In this document: positions 18,425 to 28,599 of the stretch, piece after piece | Layout: every line of letters begins with the position of its first letter | Position numbering within the stretch: position 1 is the stretch's first letter | Source: a virus | Virus record (IMG/VR): IMGVR_UViG_3300032516_000016 | Location: 3,632-67,631 of that record | Reading direction: 5' to 3' (one strand) | Length of the DNA: 64,000 nt | The notes under the pieces: model-generated | Database searches by the model: none | What the model was told of the DNA's origin: nothing | What the model saw: only the letters and a program-made list of their open reading frames with translations | Position numbers and translations under genes: made by a program

Positions 18425-18970
18425 TCAGGCAGGGACTTTAACCTTTCTTCTAGGATTTCTATGTGCTTTAGCAACTTCAGGTTTTGGTTCATCTTTTGGT
18501 TCCTCCTGTTTCAACGGTTCGTAAGCCCTGCTCTGGAACTCGTATGAGTACGTGACATCTGTTGCACAGATGGCATTGGTCTTGGCTTTGCCGATCTCTG
18601 CCTCTACGATGCCCACTGGTATCTTGATCTTGCCTGTCTCGATCATCACATTGGCCTCCAGTGGGTATTGGTCAATGAACATCTTGGGCAGGATGGTTCT
18701 CACGGTTCTCTTGCTACGCAAGAGAACATTGGTGCCATCACGCACCATGTCCTTGGTGCCTTTGCTGAAGCGATCTGGCATCCAGGTGTTGATGGTTTCT
18801 GCAAGTGCAGTGGTGTTCGCCTTCAGATCTGCTTGTTCCTTTGCCAGCTCATCAGTCAATTCAAGGTATGCTTGAATTGCTTTGGATTGCTGTTGCATCG
18901 AGTCGAGATTGCGTTGCATTTTGGTAATTAGCTCGTGCTGTTTGCCTAGTTCTTTCATGGTTGGTGTCAT
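18425..18970 (-). CDS. coiled-coil hypothetical protein
   Basis: ORF in replication/recombination operon. Confidence 0.6.
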   Translation of the reverse strand: MTPTMKELGKQHELITKMQRNLDSMQQQSKAIQAYLELTDELAKEQADLKANTTALAETINTWMPDRFSKGTKDMVRDGTNVLLRSKRTVRTILPKMFIDQYPLEANVMIETGKIKIPVGIVEAEIGKAKTNAICATDVTYSYEFQSRAYEPLKQEEPKDEPKPEVAKAHRNPRRKVKVPA

Positions 18971-19500
18971 TTCATCAGCCCTTTCATCTTCTCGCGCATA
19001 GCAGTTTGCTTTATGCGGATTTCTTCGTCCGTTTCTGCGGGTGCGGTTTCCTCCGGTGCATCTGGTTCAGGGTTGTTGTCACTATCATCGTATGTAATGC
19101 CTTTCAGGATTGCTTGTGGGCCACCCAGATGTTCTACTATCATATCGATGTCATGTTCAGTTATGAACATGGCTCGGTCTACGGCTGCGTTCAGTGCTCT
19201 TGTACCTGCGAGTTGTGCAAAATGCTCTTGGCCTCCTTCGTGCATTTTGGTTGAAACGGATGCATATGCCGTGTGCTCCTTGCCATTGCGTGTTACAGTT
19301 GCTTTTGCTGCAACCAATACTTTGCCTGTTGGTGTCAGTGGTACTATGTGTGTTAGTTCAATGTTGTAAGTTAGATCGTATATCCTAATTGCATCAGTTG
19401 CAAAGTTCTTGTTGGTCGAGAATTTTTTGCTGGTCTTTGGTTTGTATAAATGATAGACTTCCCAAGGGAAGTCTACTAGATGGTCGGGTATTTTTGTCAC
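18967..19500 (-). CDS. putative Rad52/ERF-like single-strand annealing protein
   Basis: AKATV...TAYAS...AGTRALNAA pattern resembles the Rad52-fold hairpin-helix; genomic context. Confidence 0.4.
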   Translation of the reverse strand: MTKIPDHLVDFPWEVYHLYKPKTSKKFSTNKNFATDAIRIYDLTYNIELTHIVPLTPTGKVLVAAKATVTRNGKEHTAYASVSTKMHEGGQEHFAQLAGTRALNAAVDRAMFITEHDIDMIVEHLGGPQAILKGITYDDSDNNPEPDAPEETAPAETDEEIRIKQTAMREKMKGLMK

Positions 19501-19501
19501 T

Positions 19502-20815
19502 TTATCCCTTCCTCATATCCTCTATGATGCTTTCTACGATCTCCTTTTTCACCTTCTTTTTCTTCCCGTTGAGCATGATGTCACCCACTTTGAAGTTCTC
19601 TACCATGTCCTTAGTGGTGATCCCGTCTCGAAGGAACGCTGCGCGTTCCTTCTCGGAAAGGGCTTTCTGGGCACGCATGTTCACGAGCGTGATGATGTTC
19701 TCACGCACCGCGCTCTCTACTGGAGATAACTCATCGCTTTGCGATGAGTTTTCTGGTGTTGGTTTTTCTGGTGCTGGTTCGTTTGTCGCTGGTTCTACAT
19801 CGAGTGTCTGCTGCTCCTTGACCTTGGTGGACTTGATTTTTAGGTTCGAGGGGATGAGGAACACGCCGAAGGCTGACATCATTATCATGCCATTGTTCCT
19901 TTCCGTAGGCTCCTTGTCGATGGCAAAGATTCGTCCGACTACGACTACGTCGCGGTTGCGCAACATGCCTTCCAGGTATAGGGCTTGCTCCTCGGGTTCT
20001 GCGGATTCCTCGACCGCGCTCTTGCAAAGCTCGTCGATTTGAGGAATTGCAAGGGTTTTGCGTTGCAGATGCGATGCACCGATGTATACACGAATTGCTA
20101 TACCGTCCTCGGAGACGCCGTCGATGGTGAAAGTTGGCGCGAACTTTGGGGGCACTGCTTTCTTGTCATCATCCTGTTGCCAGATTGGTGTTGGTATCTT
20201 TTCTTCTCCTCCGTTGACCTTCTTCGAAGGGTTGTAGATGCGGCGGATTGGGAATTTCATGACCACGACCGAATCCTTGCGCGAATGCGCAAGGACATCT
20301 ACGGGTTCACGGATGATGCCCATTTCGGCCAGTTGCTCTAGGAACTCGGTCGGGTCAAGCTTCGCTTGACTCGTGACGTCGATGAGCCACCATTGCTTGC
20401 CGTATTCGTTTTCCTTCTCTGCGATCAAGCCCTCCATCATTGCCAGGTTCTCCAGTTTCGTGCTTCCGGAGTCATCAAGTTTTTTGATGGCCGGTGACCA
20501 GCCTACACGGATCTCCTTGTTACCCTCCGGTGTCACCAGGGCCATGGAGATGGGTATGTTCTTGCCCTTGACATCGGCGAAGCCAACGGTAAAACCGATG
20601 AACGGCTTGGCAGACTTCTGTTCCAGAAGTCTTTCGATCCAGTTCTTGACCTTTGGGATGGTGTATTCGATTTCCCAACCTGCATTCTTGTTGTAGACCG
20701 TGTTAATGATCTCCGCGACGTTGATGCCAAGGTTTGCGGCTTTCTCGACCTGGTCGTGGTACTGCTCCAGGACTTCGGCTTCGAAGTCCTGGTACGTGTA
20801 CTCCTGGGTCTTCAT
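19502..20815 (-). CDS. hypothetical protein, possible multi-OB-fold ssDNA-binding protein
   Basis: beta-rich, acidic linker, recombination context; fold inferred only. Confidence 0.4.
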   Translation of the reverse strand: MKTQEYTYQDFEAEVLEQYHDQVEKAANLGINVAEIINTVYNKNAGWEIEYTIPKVKNWIERLLEQKSAKPFIGFTVGFADVKGKNIPISMALVTPEGNKEIRVGWSPAIKKLDDSGSTKLENLAMMEGLIAEKENEYGKQWWLIDVTSQAKLDPTEFLEQLAEMGIIREPVDVLAHSRKDSVVVMKFPIRRIYNPSKKVNGGEEKIPTPIWQQDDDKKAVPPKFAPTFTIDGVSEDGIAIRVYIGASHLQRKTLAIPQIDELCKSAVEESAEPEEQALYLEGMLRNRDVVVVGRIFAIDKEPTERNNGMIMMSAFGVFLIPSNLKIKSTKVKEQQTLDVEPATNEPAPEKPTPENSSQSDELSPVESAVRENIITLVNMRAQKALSEKERAAFLRDGITTKDMVENFKVGDIMLNGKKKKVKKEIVESIIEDMRKG

Positions 20816-21072
20816 TTTTTCACCTTCTTTGTCTTTAGTTTTGCTTTTGCGTGTTTCTCCTTTGCAATCCGCGCCTTCGCCTCGGACTTGGGTCGTGGCG
20901 TTTTGCTGTATGGCATCCAGGGATGGACGGGACAGTTCCGATTGTTGCAGTCTTCTTTGCCGTCCGTGTAGTTCCCTTGGCAGTCACAGCACTTCGCACG
21001 CAGCGTGCGCGATGGCGTTAATTGTTTGCCTGCGAGGTATCTCGCCAGGTCTGCTGATCCTATTCCAGTCAT
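20812..21072 (-). CDS. small Cys-rich Zn-binding protein
   Basis: RAKCCDC...C...CPVHPW. Confidence 0.65.
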   Translation of the reverse strand: MTGIGSADLARYLAGKQLTPSRTLRAKCCDCQGNYTDGKEDCNNRNCPVHPWMPYSKTPRPKSEAKARIAKEKHAKAKLKTKKVKK

Positions 21073-21111
21073 TAATTTATCTCCATGTCAGTGTTTTATC
21101 TGTGCTTGTAT

Positions 21112-21660
21112 TTATTGCTGTTGGTTGTACAGGTCTAAGGTGAGTGCGATCGCCTTGAATTCGTCACTCTTTTTCAGCCAGATAATTGCGTCCGCGTGTC
21201 TGGCTAGATGCCATCCGATCATGAAAGCGTAGAGTGCGTCGTCGGACATCTCGCTAGTCAGAAGCTCTATCACGGCCACTGGGTTTGAGGTGGTCACGAT
21301 GTTCTCCATGGCGCTCGTGACTCGGTGAGCCAGCTCCTCGGATAATGTGATGGTCGGTTCGTAGTGTTTGTTCTTCTTTGCGCGAGCTGCGTTTACTCGA
21401 TCGACTTCGTCTCGGGGAGTTTTGGGCGGCGGTGATGGTGGTTCGTGTACTATTTTCCAGAGCTTGTCCCTGGTGTTGATGCTGATGTAGTTGTAGTAGT
21501 CGTCATTGATTCTTAGTACTGGTAGTAGGTCAGATTGTGAGTTTATTTCATCTGACGGGTTGTCACATATCGATTCCACAAATTCTATTTTCCATGTCTT
21601 TAGATGTGACCGAATGCTATCACATCGCTGGCTTTTCGGTATCGTAAAAAGTTCGATCAT
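21112..21660 (-). CDS. protein with N-terminal glutaredoxin/NrdH-like domain (SxxC)
   Basis: IELFTIPKSQRCDSIRSHL..WKIEFVE...LPVLRIND thioredoxin-fold pattern. Confidence 0.55.
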   Translation of the reverse strand: MIELFTIPKSQRCDSIRSHLKTWKIEFVESICDNPSDEINSQSDLLPVLRINDDYYNYISINTRDKLWKIVHEPPSPPPKTPRDEVDRVNAARAKKNKHYEPTITLSEELAHRVTSAMENIVTTSNPVAVIELLTSEMSDDALYAFMIGWHLARHADAIIWLKKSDEFKAIALTLDLYNQQQ

Positions 21661-21816
21661 AACTATCTCCATACGTTGAAGAATTCAAATTTTGCTCCAC
21701 CTTCAAAAAGTGTCGCGATCACGCGACACTTTCCGAGAGGCTGACCGCAACGCTTGCAGGTTGGTGGCTCGGGGTGTGCGTAATAGCGGCCACATTGACA
21801 GTACATTTACGCCTCT

Positions 21817-22437
21817 CTAATCGATCCCCGCCGTAGCGGGGATCGCATTCTTTACTTTCTCCTCTCCGAAATGTTTGGTGAGGAAGGTCATTGCTAGTTC
21901 TCTGTCGCCTCCTGTCAACTCCACGTATTCTTCGAGGGTTGCTTGGATTTCCATCTTCTCGCTTTTTGCATCCTTCGCCTTCTGCCAGCTCTCCCATATG
22001 CGAGCGGTGATCGAGTTTCGTGAGGAGATGTAGCTGTCGTACCTCCGTTTCCGGATGTCCCACTCCTGGTGCTTCTTGTTCCATTCGATCAGTTCGATGC
22101 CCTTTTCATTCACCTCGTCTTGGTGACACAGTTTTACCAGTACTACCCGATCTTCGATGTCCTCTGCGTATCGGATCTCCGATCCGACGCGCCAATCGTA
22201 GTTGTCTTTTTTCGGTTGCAAGGCGATGAACTGTTCAGCCTGCTTTTGCGTCTTGAAGTACACTGATCCGACGTTGTAGTACGTGGTCATGTGCATCTTT
22301 GGCATCGCCAGGTCGAAATCCCCGGGATGATCGGCTTTTCGTGTGCCGATTTCCATCAGTTCGATTTCAACCTGGTGTTGTATTTGCTCTTCTGTCATGC
22401 TGGCTTTTTCGTTGTCCGGTATTTCTTCAAATTTCAT
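21817..22437 (-). CDS. hypothetical protein
   Basis: ORF with RBS; C(UACG)G hairpin in its 3' end. Confidence 0.6.
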   Translation of the reverse strand: MKFEEIPDNEKASMTEEQIQHQVEIELMEIGTRKADHPGDFDLAMPKMHMTTYYNVGSVYFKTQKQAEQFIALQPKKDNYDWRVGSEIRYAEDIEDRVVLVKLCHQDEVNEKGIELIEWNKKHQEWDIRKRRYDSYISSRNSITARIWESWQKAKDAKSEKMEIQATLEEYVELTGGDRELAMTFLTKHFGEEKVKNAIPATAGID

Positions 22438-22956
22438 TCAAATCTCCCCCACTTGCGACATCGCAGCGGCGATGTCGCTATCTGTGAATCCCCAATTCTT
22501 TAGTTGCTTTGTGACCTCAGATTTTAGGTCTGTGATGATTTCTTGTTTGTACTCCTCCGATACGTCCGACTCGATTCCCCATAGTGAGTCCGTGATTTCG
22601 TGTTGTGCCCAATGATCGCCATCTTCTGAGATGGCGATCTTTGCGGTTACGATTACTCCTGTCATGCACCAATAACCGGCGTAGTAGTCAGCCAGGCGTT
22701 TCATGTCTTGGAGTACGTAGTGATAGTCAGCGCTTTTCAGAGAATCGTACTGAGCAAGAACTTCGTTCTTGCTCTCCGGAGTTACGTGTTCCCATGCTTT
22801 TGGGTTGTGGGGCCAGTGTTGTCCTGGGGTAAACCAATTGTCACCGTACTGGATGTCGAATGGTCTACGCGGGCCTTCGTGGAACTCGCCTAGCCAGGAG
22901 AGATCGGGGTCTTGGTCGAGTTTGGTTCGGATGGTTATCGAGTTAATGCGTTTCAT
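22438..22956 (-). CDS. hypothetical protein
   Basis: abutting ORF, GGAGG RBS. Confidence 0.65.
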   Translation of the reverse strand: MKRINSITIRTKLDQDPDLSWLGEFHEGPRRPFDIQYGDNWFTPGQHWPHNPKAWEHVTPESKNEVLAQYDSLKSADYHYVLQDMKRLADYYAGYWCMTGVIVTAKIAISEDGDHWAQHEITDSLWGIESDVSEEYKQEIITDLKSEVTKQLKNWGFTDSDIAAAMSQVGEI

Positions 22957-23657
22957 AGCGCCTCCAAAACCGAAGCTCGAAGCGCGGCTTCGAGCTTTGT
23001 GTTGAATTCCTCCTCGTGATGCTCCTGGGCGTATTCCACTATCTCGGAGTCGTCCATGTCATCCATTCCAACTGGACTTCGTTCGTCTACCAGTATGTCC
23101 AGGGCAACATCCAGTTCTACATCGTCTATCATGATGCCGTTGATCTGCTTGATGAGATATGACCACTCGGAGTACACGATGTTGCCATAGGTATAGGCTG
23201 CTTTGGCGGCTAGGGCACGATCCCACTCTAGACCATGCCATATGCCCGAGTCGGTTTCTTCGTGTCTGTAGAGGTCACTGAGGAGCTTTGTGGCTTCTTC
23301 GGTGCTGTAGCTGCGGTCCACGATGTTCTCGTGGAAGATGCTGTCGCCGTCCGTGTAGTCATTGTTCAGGTCATTGCTGGCTTCACCATCGTCGATGAGC
23401 TGCTGGACGATTTCGTCCATGAAGTAGTCTGTGATGAGCTCCTTGGCGTCATTATGGGCCTCGGTCTCGTAGTCGGTTTCCGGTTCTGGGGGTTCGTAGA
23501 TGGTGGCGCTCATGCGGTCGATGAAGTTGTGTAGTTTTTCGGCATCGTTTATTAATGTAGCAATGTCTGCCTCGAATTGCCATTTTGCATTTTGTTTTGC
23601 GTCCCATGATCTAAGTCCATCAGGGACTTGGATTTCGGTTTGTAGTATTACAATCAT
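22953..23657 (-). CDS. acidic hypothetical protein
   Basis: coupled ORF. Confidence 0.65.
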   Translation of the reverse strand: MIVILQTEIQVPDGLRSWDAKQNAKWQFEADIATLINDAEKLHNFIDRMSATIYEPPEPETDYETEAHNDAKELITDYFMDEIVQQLIDDGEASNDLNNDYTDGDSIFHENIVDRSYSTEEATKLLSDLYRHEETDSGIWHGLEWDRALAAKAAYTYGNIVYSEWSYLIKQINGIMIDDVELDVALDILVDERSPVGMDDMDDSEIVEYAQEHHEEEFNTKLEAALRASVLEAL

Positions 23658-23658
23658 T

Positions 23659-24315
23659 CTAAATCCACCACCTATTCTTTACTTCAGGATTCTTTTCTTC
23701 GTATTTCTTTCGTTTCTCGTAGTTTGAGCATTTGTCGTCTCGTTCGTAGTATTCATTTGGTATGTTTGGTTTGTCTACGGTTCCGAATTGTTCTTTGAAA
23801 CAACCACATGCCCAAATTCGTCCAAGTGGATCTATCATCATGTCGTCACAAACACATTCGTATTTGCGATAAGATTCTCCAACTTGGGTGCGTATTGCAC
23901 GCCCTTGTGGGATTGGTATATTAATGTTTCTGATCCACTTATTTTCTGCGAATACTTTGTACACACTATGGTCTACCATGTGGTTATCATGCCAATCATC
24001 TTGTGATAATTGGGCTGTGATTACTTCCTTTTTAGCCAATTTGGCTAATAATAGTGAATGTGATTTGATCGAGCCATTTGTGATGACATGTGGTCCCATG
24101 TCGTCTTGTGCTGCAATTACTTGCATCAGTATGTGTAGAAAATCTGGATGTAATGTTGGTTCACCGCCTCCAATTGTGTAATATTCTCCGGTGTCTTCTC
24201 CTAATTTCAGTGCTTTTAGTATGGTTTCTGTGGTTGCGTGTTTTCCACGTGGCCCACATGAGTAACAGCAATGTGCGCATCGCATGTTACATTTCGTGGT
24301 TATCTGAATATACAT
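23659..24315 (-). CDS. radical SAM protein (with SPASM/twitch-like Cys)
   Basis: CNMRCAHC CxxxCxxC, GGGEPTLHPDF, ITNG, C-terminal IDPLGRIWAC. Confidence 0.9.
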   Translation of the reverse strand: MYIQITTKCNMRCAHCCYSCGPRGKHATTETILKALKLGEDTGEYYTIGGGEPTLHPDFLHILMQVIAAQDDMGPHVITNGSIKSHSLLLAKLAKKEVITAQLSQDDWHDNHMVDHSVYKVFAENKWIRNINIPIPQGRAIRTQVGESYRKYECVCDDMMIDPLGRIWACGCFKEQFGTVDKPNIPNEYYERDDKCSNYEKRKKYEEKNPEVKNRWWI

Positions 24316-24339
24316 GGTTTCCTCCGCTCTTGCAATTGT

Positions 24340-25047
24340 TCATGTTTCCTCCTTTTTCACCCATACCCAAAAGTTTATGTCGAACTGGCCTACTTCGTAG
24401 GTGAATAGCAGGTCGCCTTGATCGCGGTATTTGTTGAACACGTCCTTGGGGTTGTCGGTCTGGCCGAGGTGCATGCCACTCTCGTACCTTTCGGCCTGCT
24501 TGATCCAGCCTAGTTCCGCTAGTCTGGATTCGGGTATGATGTTTGTGTTTACGGCCTTGGTGTATCGGTAGATGCATGAGTCGATGTACTCTTTCTCGAA
24601 GTCGGTTGCTATGCAGTTGCCGCATAGCGACTCGTTGTTGAGGATTGCGTACCTGGTCTTGTCGTTGTAGCTTGTGGGTGTTGTTCTGACCGCGTTGCCA
24701 CATGCTCCGCATGTGGTGAATTCGTCACTGAATCCCCAATCTAGGACGTCGTCGAGTTCGAAGAGGCCCTCAGGGACTGGGTAAAGGTGATATGCTTCCA
24801 GGCGCATATTTTGGAATGCATTTCGTCCTTGCAGGTTGTAGTAGGTGATTGCATTCTGGTAGTATGCCTCCGGTGCAATGGCTCGATTCAACTCGCGTTG
24901 AATCGTGGCGAGTTCTTGCCACGACTCGACGATCAGGAAGGGTTCGCCGGTTTCGGCGTCTTCGGTGAGGGTTGAGTTCAAGTTGTGTTGTTGCAGGATG
25001 TTGAATAGTTCTTGTCGTGCCATTAATTTGGTGTCATCATCTAACAT
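24340..25047 (-). CDS. hypothetical protein with Zn finger
   Basis: CGACG...LCGNC; RBS GGAGG before MLDDD. Confidence 0.65.
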   Translation of the reverse strand: MLDDDTKLMARQELFNILQQHNLNSTLTEDAETGEPFLIVESWQELATIQRELNRAIAPEAYYQNAITYYNLQGRNAFQNMRLEAYHLYPVPEGLFELDDVLDWGFSDEFTTCGACGNAVRTTPTSYNDKTRYAILNNESLCGNCIATDFEKEYIDSCIYRYTKAVNTNIIPESRLAELGWIKQAERYESGMHLGQTDNPKDVFNKYRDQGDLLFTYEVGQFDINFWVWVKKEET

Positions 25048-25129
25048 TCTGGTGATTCCTCCTTGTTTGGCTCCATCAGATAACATTTTTGGCTGAGGTT
25101 GACCGATGTGCTTGATACAGTTGGAAGTA

Positions 25130-25291
25130 TCATTGCATTTCCCTCAGTTGGGCAAGTAGATCTTGCATTCTTAGGATTGCATCGGGGTTTGTGAATTCGC
25201 CTCGCTCGTTTTTATTTGAGGTTGCGGTCACAGCTCGCATTGACTCCCGAATTTCATCAATTCTCATCAGATCATCTTGATTATTGTTCAT
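25130..25291 (-). CDS. small hypothetical protein (53 aa, not in ORF track)
   Basis: manually translated MNNNQDDLMRIDEIRE...; ATGA overlap. Confidence 0.45.
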   Translation of the reverse strand: MNNNQDDLMRIDEIRESMRAVTATSNKNERGEFTNPDAILRMQDLLAQLREMQ

Positions 25292-25512
25292 CTTATTTCC
25301 CACCACCCTCGTATCTCCTCGTCATAGTAGAGACTGTTCAATTCACCAGCACGAATATCGTTTGAAATGCACTCCCTGGCACGGTTTTCGCCTTGTTCTT
25401 GTAGTGTCGTTTTTAATTCATCATCGATTTCGGACTTAAATCCCCAATATCTAAGTTCAACTTCATGGCAACAAACATCTACTATAAATTCAATTGAGTT
25501 TTCTTCGGGCAT
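25288..25512 (-). CDS. acidic hypothetical protein
   Basis: RBS GAGGAG; coupled ORF. Confidence 0.55.
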   Translation of the reverse strand: MPEENSIEFIVDVCCHEVELRYWGFKSEIDDELKTTLQEQGENRARECISNDIRAGELNSLYYDEEIRGWWEIR

Positions 25513-25514
25513 AT

Positions 25515-25736
25515 TTACTCCTCATCAATTGATTCGGCGTCGGTCAGCTCGCCTTCATCATCGGACTCATCATCTTTTGAGGATAAGTCCAGCTCTTCGG
25601 TCTTTAGCCGTGCTTTTTCGTAAGCCTCATCATAACTGTCAGCTTCAACCACTTGTGTTGTTACTTTTGTTGTTGGGTCTAGGCATTCGCCATAGGTCAA
25701 GTTTGCGTTGTTGTTGGGATTAAATTTGATTGTCAT
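25515..25736 (-). CDS. acidic hypothetical protein
   Basis: GGAGGT RBS before MTIKF; VEADSYDEA motif. Confidence 0.5.
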   Translation of the reverse strand: MTIKFNPNNNANLTYGECLDPTTKVTTQVVEADSYDEAYEKARLKTEELDLSSKDDESDDEGELTDAESIDEE

Positions 25737-26088
25737 TAAAATACCTCCATAAAATCGCCAGGTTTGGCGGTTCAAGGTGACGGGTTAGCATGTTCACGAA
25801 GCGTTCAACCGAGGTTAACCAGGCTTGGTGCTGTTGTTTGTGATAGTAGATGTGTAGACGGGATGAGTAGGCGTTTCTACAACACCAATCGTTCGTATCT
25901 AGGGGGCAATAGTATATACAATTCATTGATATACAATTCATTGGTCTTCGGTGCTCGGCCAGGTAGTGACACAGGGCGCATGGTTGCCAATATCGAGGGT
26001 CCCATTCTCCGAGTGCCAAGATGCGTTTCCATTTGTCCAGCACTTCGTGCAGGACATGTTTTGGTATTTTGTCCAGGGTTAGATGCAT
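25720..26088 (-). CDS. Cys/His-rich hypothetical protein
   Basis: CALC...C...CPL...CC; AGGAG RBS. Confidence 0.55.
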   Translation of the reverse strand: MHLTLDKIPKHVLHEVLDKWKRILALGEWDPRYWQPCALCHYLAEHRRPMNCISMNCIYYCPLDTNDWCCRNAYSSRLHIYYHKQQHQAWLTSVERFVNMLTRHLEPPNLAILWRYFNDNQI

Positions 26089-26127
26089 GTTTCCTCCTTT
26101 AATCGTCCCGGCATAATTTCCATATTC

Positions 26128-26334
26128 TCACTTCTGCAATTTCTTACCTATTTGAAGAGAAAGCTCTTTCATGATTTTGCAACCAACTCTGATCGTTTCA
26201 AGCTTCGGCGGATTACAGTTTTTGGGAGCTTTTAAGAAGTTATCGACTGTAGCTGTATGCTGGTTTAACATCTGCTGAACTATGAGAGCTTGCTGTTTGG
26301 ACATTTCGATTTGCATTTTGACATTAGCTTCCAT
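26128..26334 (-). CDS. hypothetical protein
   Basis: GGAGGT RBS. Confidence 0.5.
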   Translation of the reverse strand: MEANVKMQIEMSKQQALIVQQMLNQHTATVDNFLKAPKNCNPPKLETIRVGCKIMKELSLQIGKKLQK

Positions 26335-26827
26335 GATTTTCTACCTCCAAATATGTATATGGGCAAGGATTTTCCTCGTCAAACCAATCATCGTCGAGAC
26401 AGTAGGTTTTGTACGGATGATTTGGGCCATCTGGGTTTATTTTTGTAGCACTCATCAGGTAACCTGCGCCTGGTGCGCAAGGAGAACATGGCGGGGCGAA
26501 AGTATAGAATGGTGATTTGATGACAAATAGATCCGGATCATCACAATCACCTTGAATGATGTAACCATCTTTTTCATATAACATTCTGGCATTGTCGTTT
26601 TCGTAATGATCGTTAAAATTTTCAGTTGCTGTTTTAATCAAATCCTCAATTGTACCCTCATCCAGATAGTCTGAGAGATTGGATATGGCTTCTGTTATCT
26701 CGTCGATAACTCCCTCATATGTCATGTCTTTTGCGTTCTCGTAAAACTCTTCAGCGTGGTTGAAGAGGTCGCGTTTTGGGATTACGCCGTAGTGTATTCC
26801 CTTTTCATCTTGATTGGATAGGATCAT
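26324..26827 (-). CDS. hypothetical protein
   Basis: CSPCAPGAG motif; coupled ORF. Confidence 0.6.
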   Translation of the reverse strand: MILSNQDEKGIHYGVIPKRDLFNHAEEFYENAKDMTYEGVIDEITEAISNLSDYLDEGTIEDLIKTATENFNDHYENDNARMLYEKDGYIIQGDCDDPDLFVIKSPFYTFAPPCSPCAPGAGYLMSATKINPDGPNHPYKTYCLDDDWFDEENPCPYTYLEVENHGS

Positions 26828-27093
26828 CTTAATTCCTCATTGGATTTTAATTTCCTTATGCTTATTCTTTTGAAAGATGGATCATCAAACAGATCTACCT
26901 CAACATGATGCCATTTTTGTAGGTTTCGAACACGATGATCAAGGTCATCTGGCCAGGTGCCACCCCAACAAGTGATTTTGATTTCGTTATCAAAAAATTG
27001 GATTTCAGATTCATCTGGTGCTATCCACCCGATAATTTTATTGACGAGATTCAGCTCATCACTGGTAATGGTCGTTTTTACTTCAATTCTCAT
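26824..27093 (-). CDS. hypothetical protein
   Basis: GAGGT RBS; coupled ORF. Confidence 0.55.
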   Translation of the reverse strand: MRIEVKTTITSDELNLVNKIIGWIAPDESEIQFFDNEIKITCWGGTWPDDLDHRVRNLQKWHHVEVDLFDDPSFKRISIRKLKSNEELR

Positions 27094-27110
27094 TTTGGTA
27101 ACCTCTTCAT

Positions 27111-27443
27111 TTAGTTCGCGAGTGTGGTGTATCCGAGGGTGCTGTTTTTGAATAGGACATCTCGGCGGTAGAACTGGCCGTTTAACCAGGTGTCACTGTA
27201 CCAGGCTTCGGCATCTTCCCATTGGTGGGTGCCGCTTACAATCTCACCATTTATGGTGAGGGTGTCTGCCATGGTCAACCCTTCAGATATGATGGTGACG
27301 TCACCATCATAGCTGATGTCGATGTCTATTGCGCTGGTGGCGTGTAGGTAGATCACCAGGATTACGAAGAGACCTACGCACCAGGCGGCGAAATTCAACA
27401 TGTCCTTTATCCAGGGGTTCATAGTTTCACTTCCGTTTTTCAT
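27111..27443 (-). CDS. secreted/membrane-anchored hypothetical protein
   Basis: N-terminal hydrophobic helix FAAWCVGLFVILVIYL. Confidence 0.55.
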   Translation of the reverse strand: MKNGSETMNPWIKDMLNFAAWCVGLFVILVIYLHATSAIDIDISYDGDVTIISEGLTMADTLTINGEIVSGTHQWEDAEAWYSDTWLNGQFYRRDVLFKNSTLGYTTLAN

Positions 27444-27638
27444 TGTATTTCCGATAAATGTCGATTGCTATAAGGGCGGCGATTGCAACGACTGTCCAAC
27501 CCGTTGCGATAAGTATTCCCATAGTACATACCTCGATTATCTCGTAGCATTGATTCATTTTATCACCTTCTATTATTCCCGTCAATCACCAGGGGGTGAG
27601 GTTGGTGACTGACGGGGGAATTGGAGGCATTATTATAA

Positions 27639-27992
27639 TTATTGTAGGGCTTTTTGCGGGCCTTCGCGCCACCGAAGGCCCTGTTGGTCAACGGCTGCGG
27701 CCAAATCGGCCCAGGTGGCGAAACGGGCCTGTGGGAGAGGCAGTTGGGCCGCGCCGTACAATGCGCCAATGCTCTGATTGCCCACCTCTAGCCAAACGTG
27801 TCCGGCTCCCGCCCATGACAGGCAATAGGTCACATTGAGGCCGCGCGCTTCCAGCTCGACACCGAGGGCTTCGGTGTCGGCCATGCAGCTGCCGGGCTGA
27901 GGGGATGCGTGGGCGACGATCGAGGCAAGAAGGGCCAAAGCGCCGACAAGGGCGACGGCGAGGAGGGCCGACTCCCAGTCTAGGTGGATCAT
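27639..27992 (-). CDS. signal-peptide protein, possible transglutaminase-like (Cys-His) fold
   Basis: hydrophobic N-terminus; C...L...G......GHVWLEV. Confidence 0.4.
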   Translation of the reverse strand: MIHLDWESALLAVALVGALALLASIVAHASPQPGSCMADTEALGVELEARGLNVTYCLSWAGAGHVWLEVGNQSIGALYGAAQLPLPQARFATWADLAAAVDQQGLRWREGPQKALQ

Positions 27993-28194
27993 ACGTTTAG
28001 ACTCCTGGCAAGAGCGCGAAGCGCGGCGGTGCGGGCGGGGTTGGGCCGGGGGTAGAGAAGCTGCTCGGACGGGTGTGGTAGGGCCGGTTCGATGGGGTAG
28101 GCGTATACGTCCGGATCTCCGCCACCGAGGGAGAGACGGCAGTTCGCCGGTGGGCTAGGGCGGGGCGGGGTGACGCGGTGAAAAGAGAGGGTCA

Positions 28195-28587
28195 TCACTC
28201 CCCCTCCGCTACGTAAAGCTCGAACATCCGGGCCGGGTTTTGCCCTGGCCTGGCGGGCAGTTCGCCGGTGTACTCGATCATGAGCAATTTCCCTTGCGGA
28301 TCGATGGCAGCGAGCTTGTTCCTGAGCACTGCACCGATGTTAAGTTTGAGGTGTTCGCCGGTCCTCTCGCCGGTATCCGTTGCAATGTCGAAACAGGCCA
28401 AATCGTACCGGTATTCCGTACCGTCCTCCTTCTTTTTCAGACCGGTGACGCGGGTCATAAGATACCCTACGAGGGTGTCACCGGGTTGCGGGTTCCAAAA
28501 TTCCGAGACCTTTTTAAAGGTCTTCTTGGCGGTCGCGATCTGTGTGGCGGGTGTTGGTTCCTCGATTCTGCTAAATTTCTTTGACAT
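28195..28587 (-). CDS. putative OB-fold ssDNA-binding protein
   Basis: FWNPQPGDTLVG...L...L.......I.Y.G........F pattern typical of viral SSBs. Confidence 0.55.
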   Translation of the reverse strand: MSKKFSRIEEPTPATQIATAKKTFKKVSEFWNPQPGDTLVGYLMTRVTGLKKKEDGTEYRYDLACFDIATDTGERTGEHLKLNIGAVLRNKLAAIDPQGKLLMIEYTGELPARPGQNPARMFELYVAEGE

Positions 28588-28599
28588 TTTCTTTCATCT

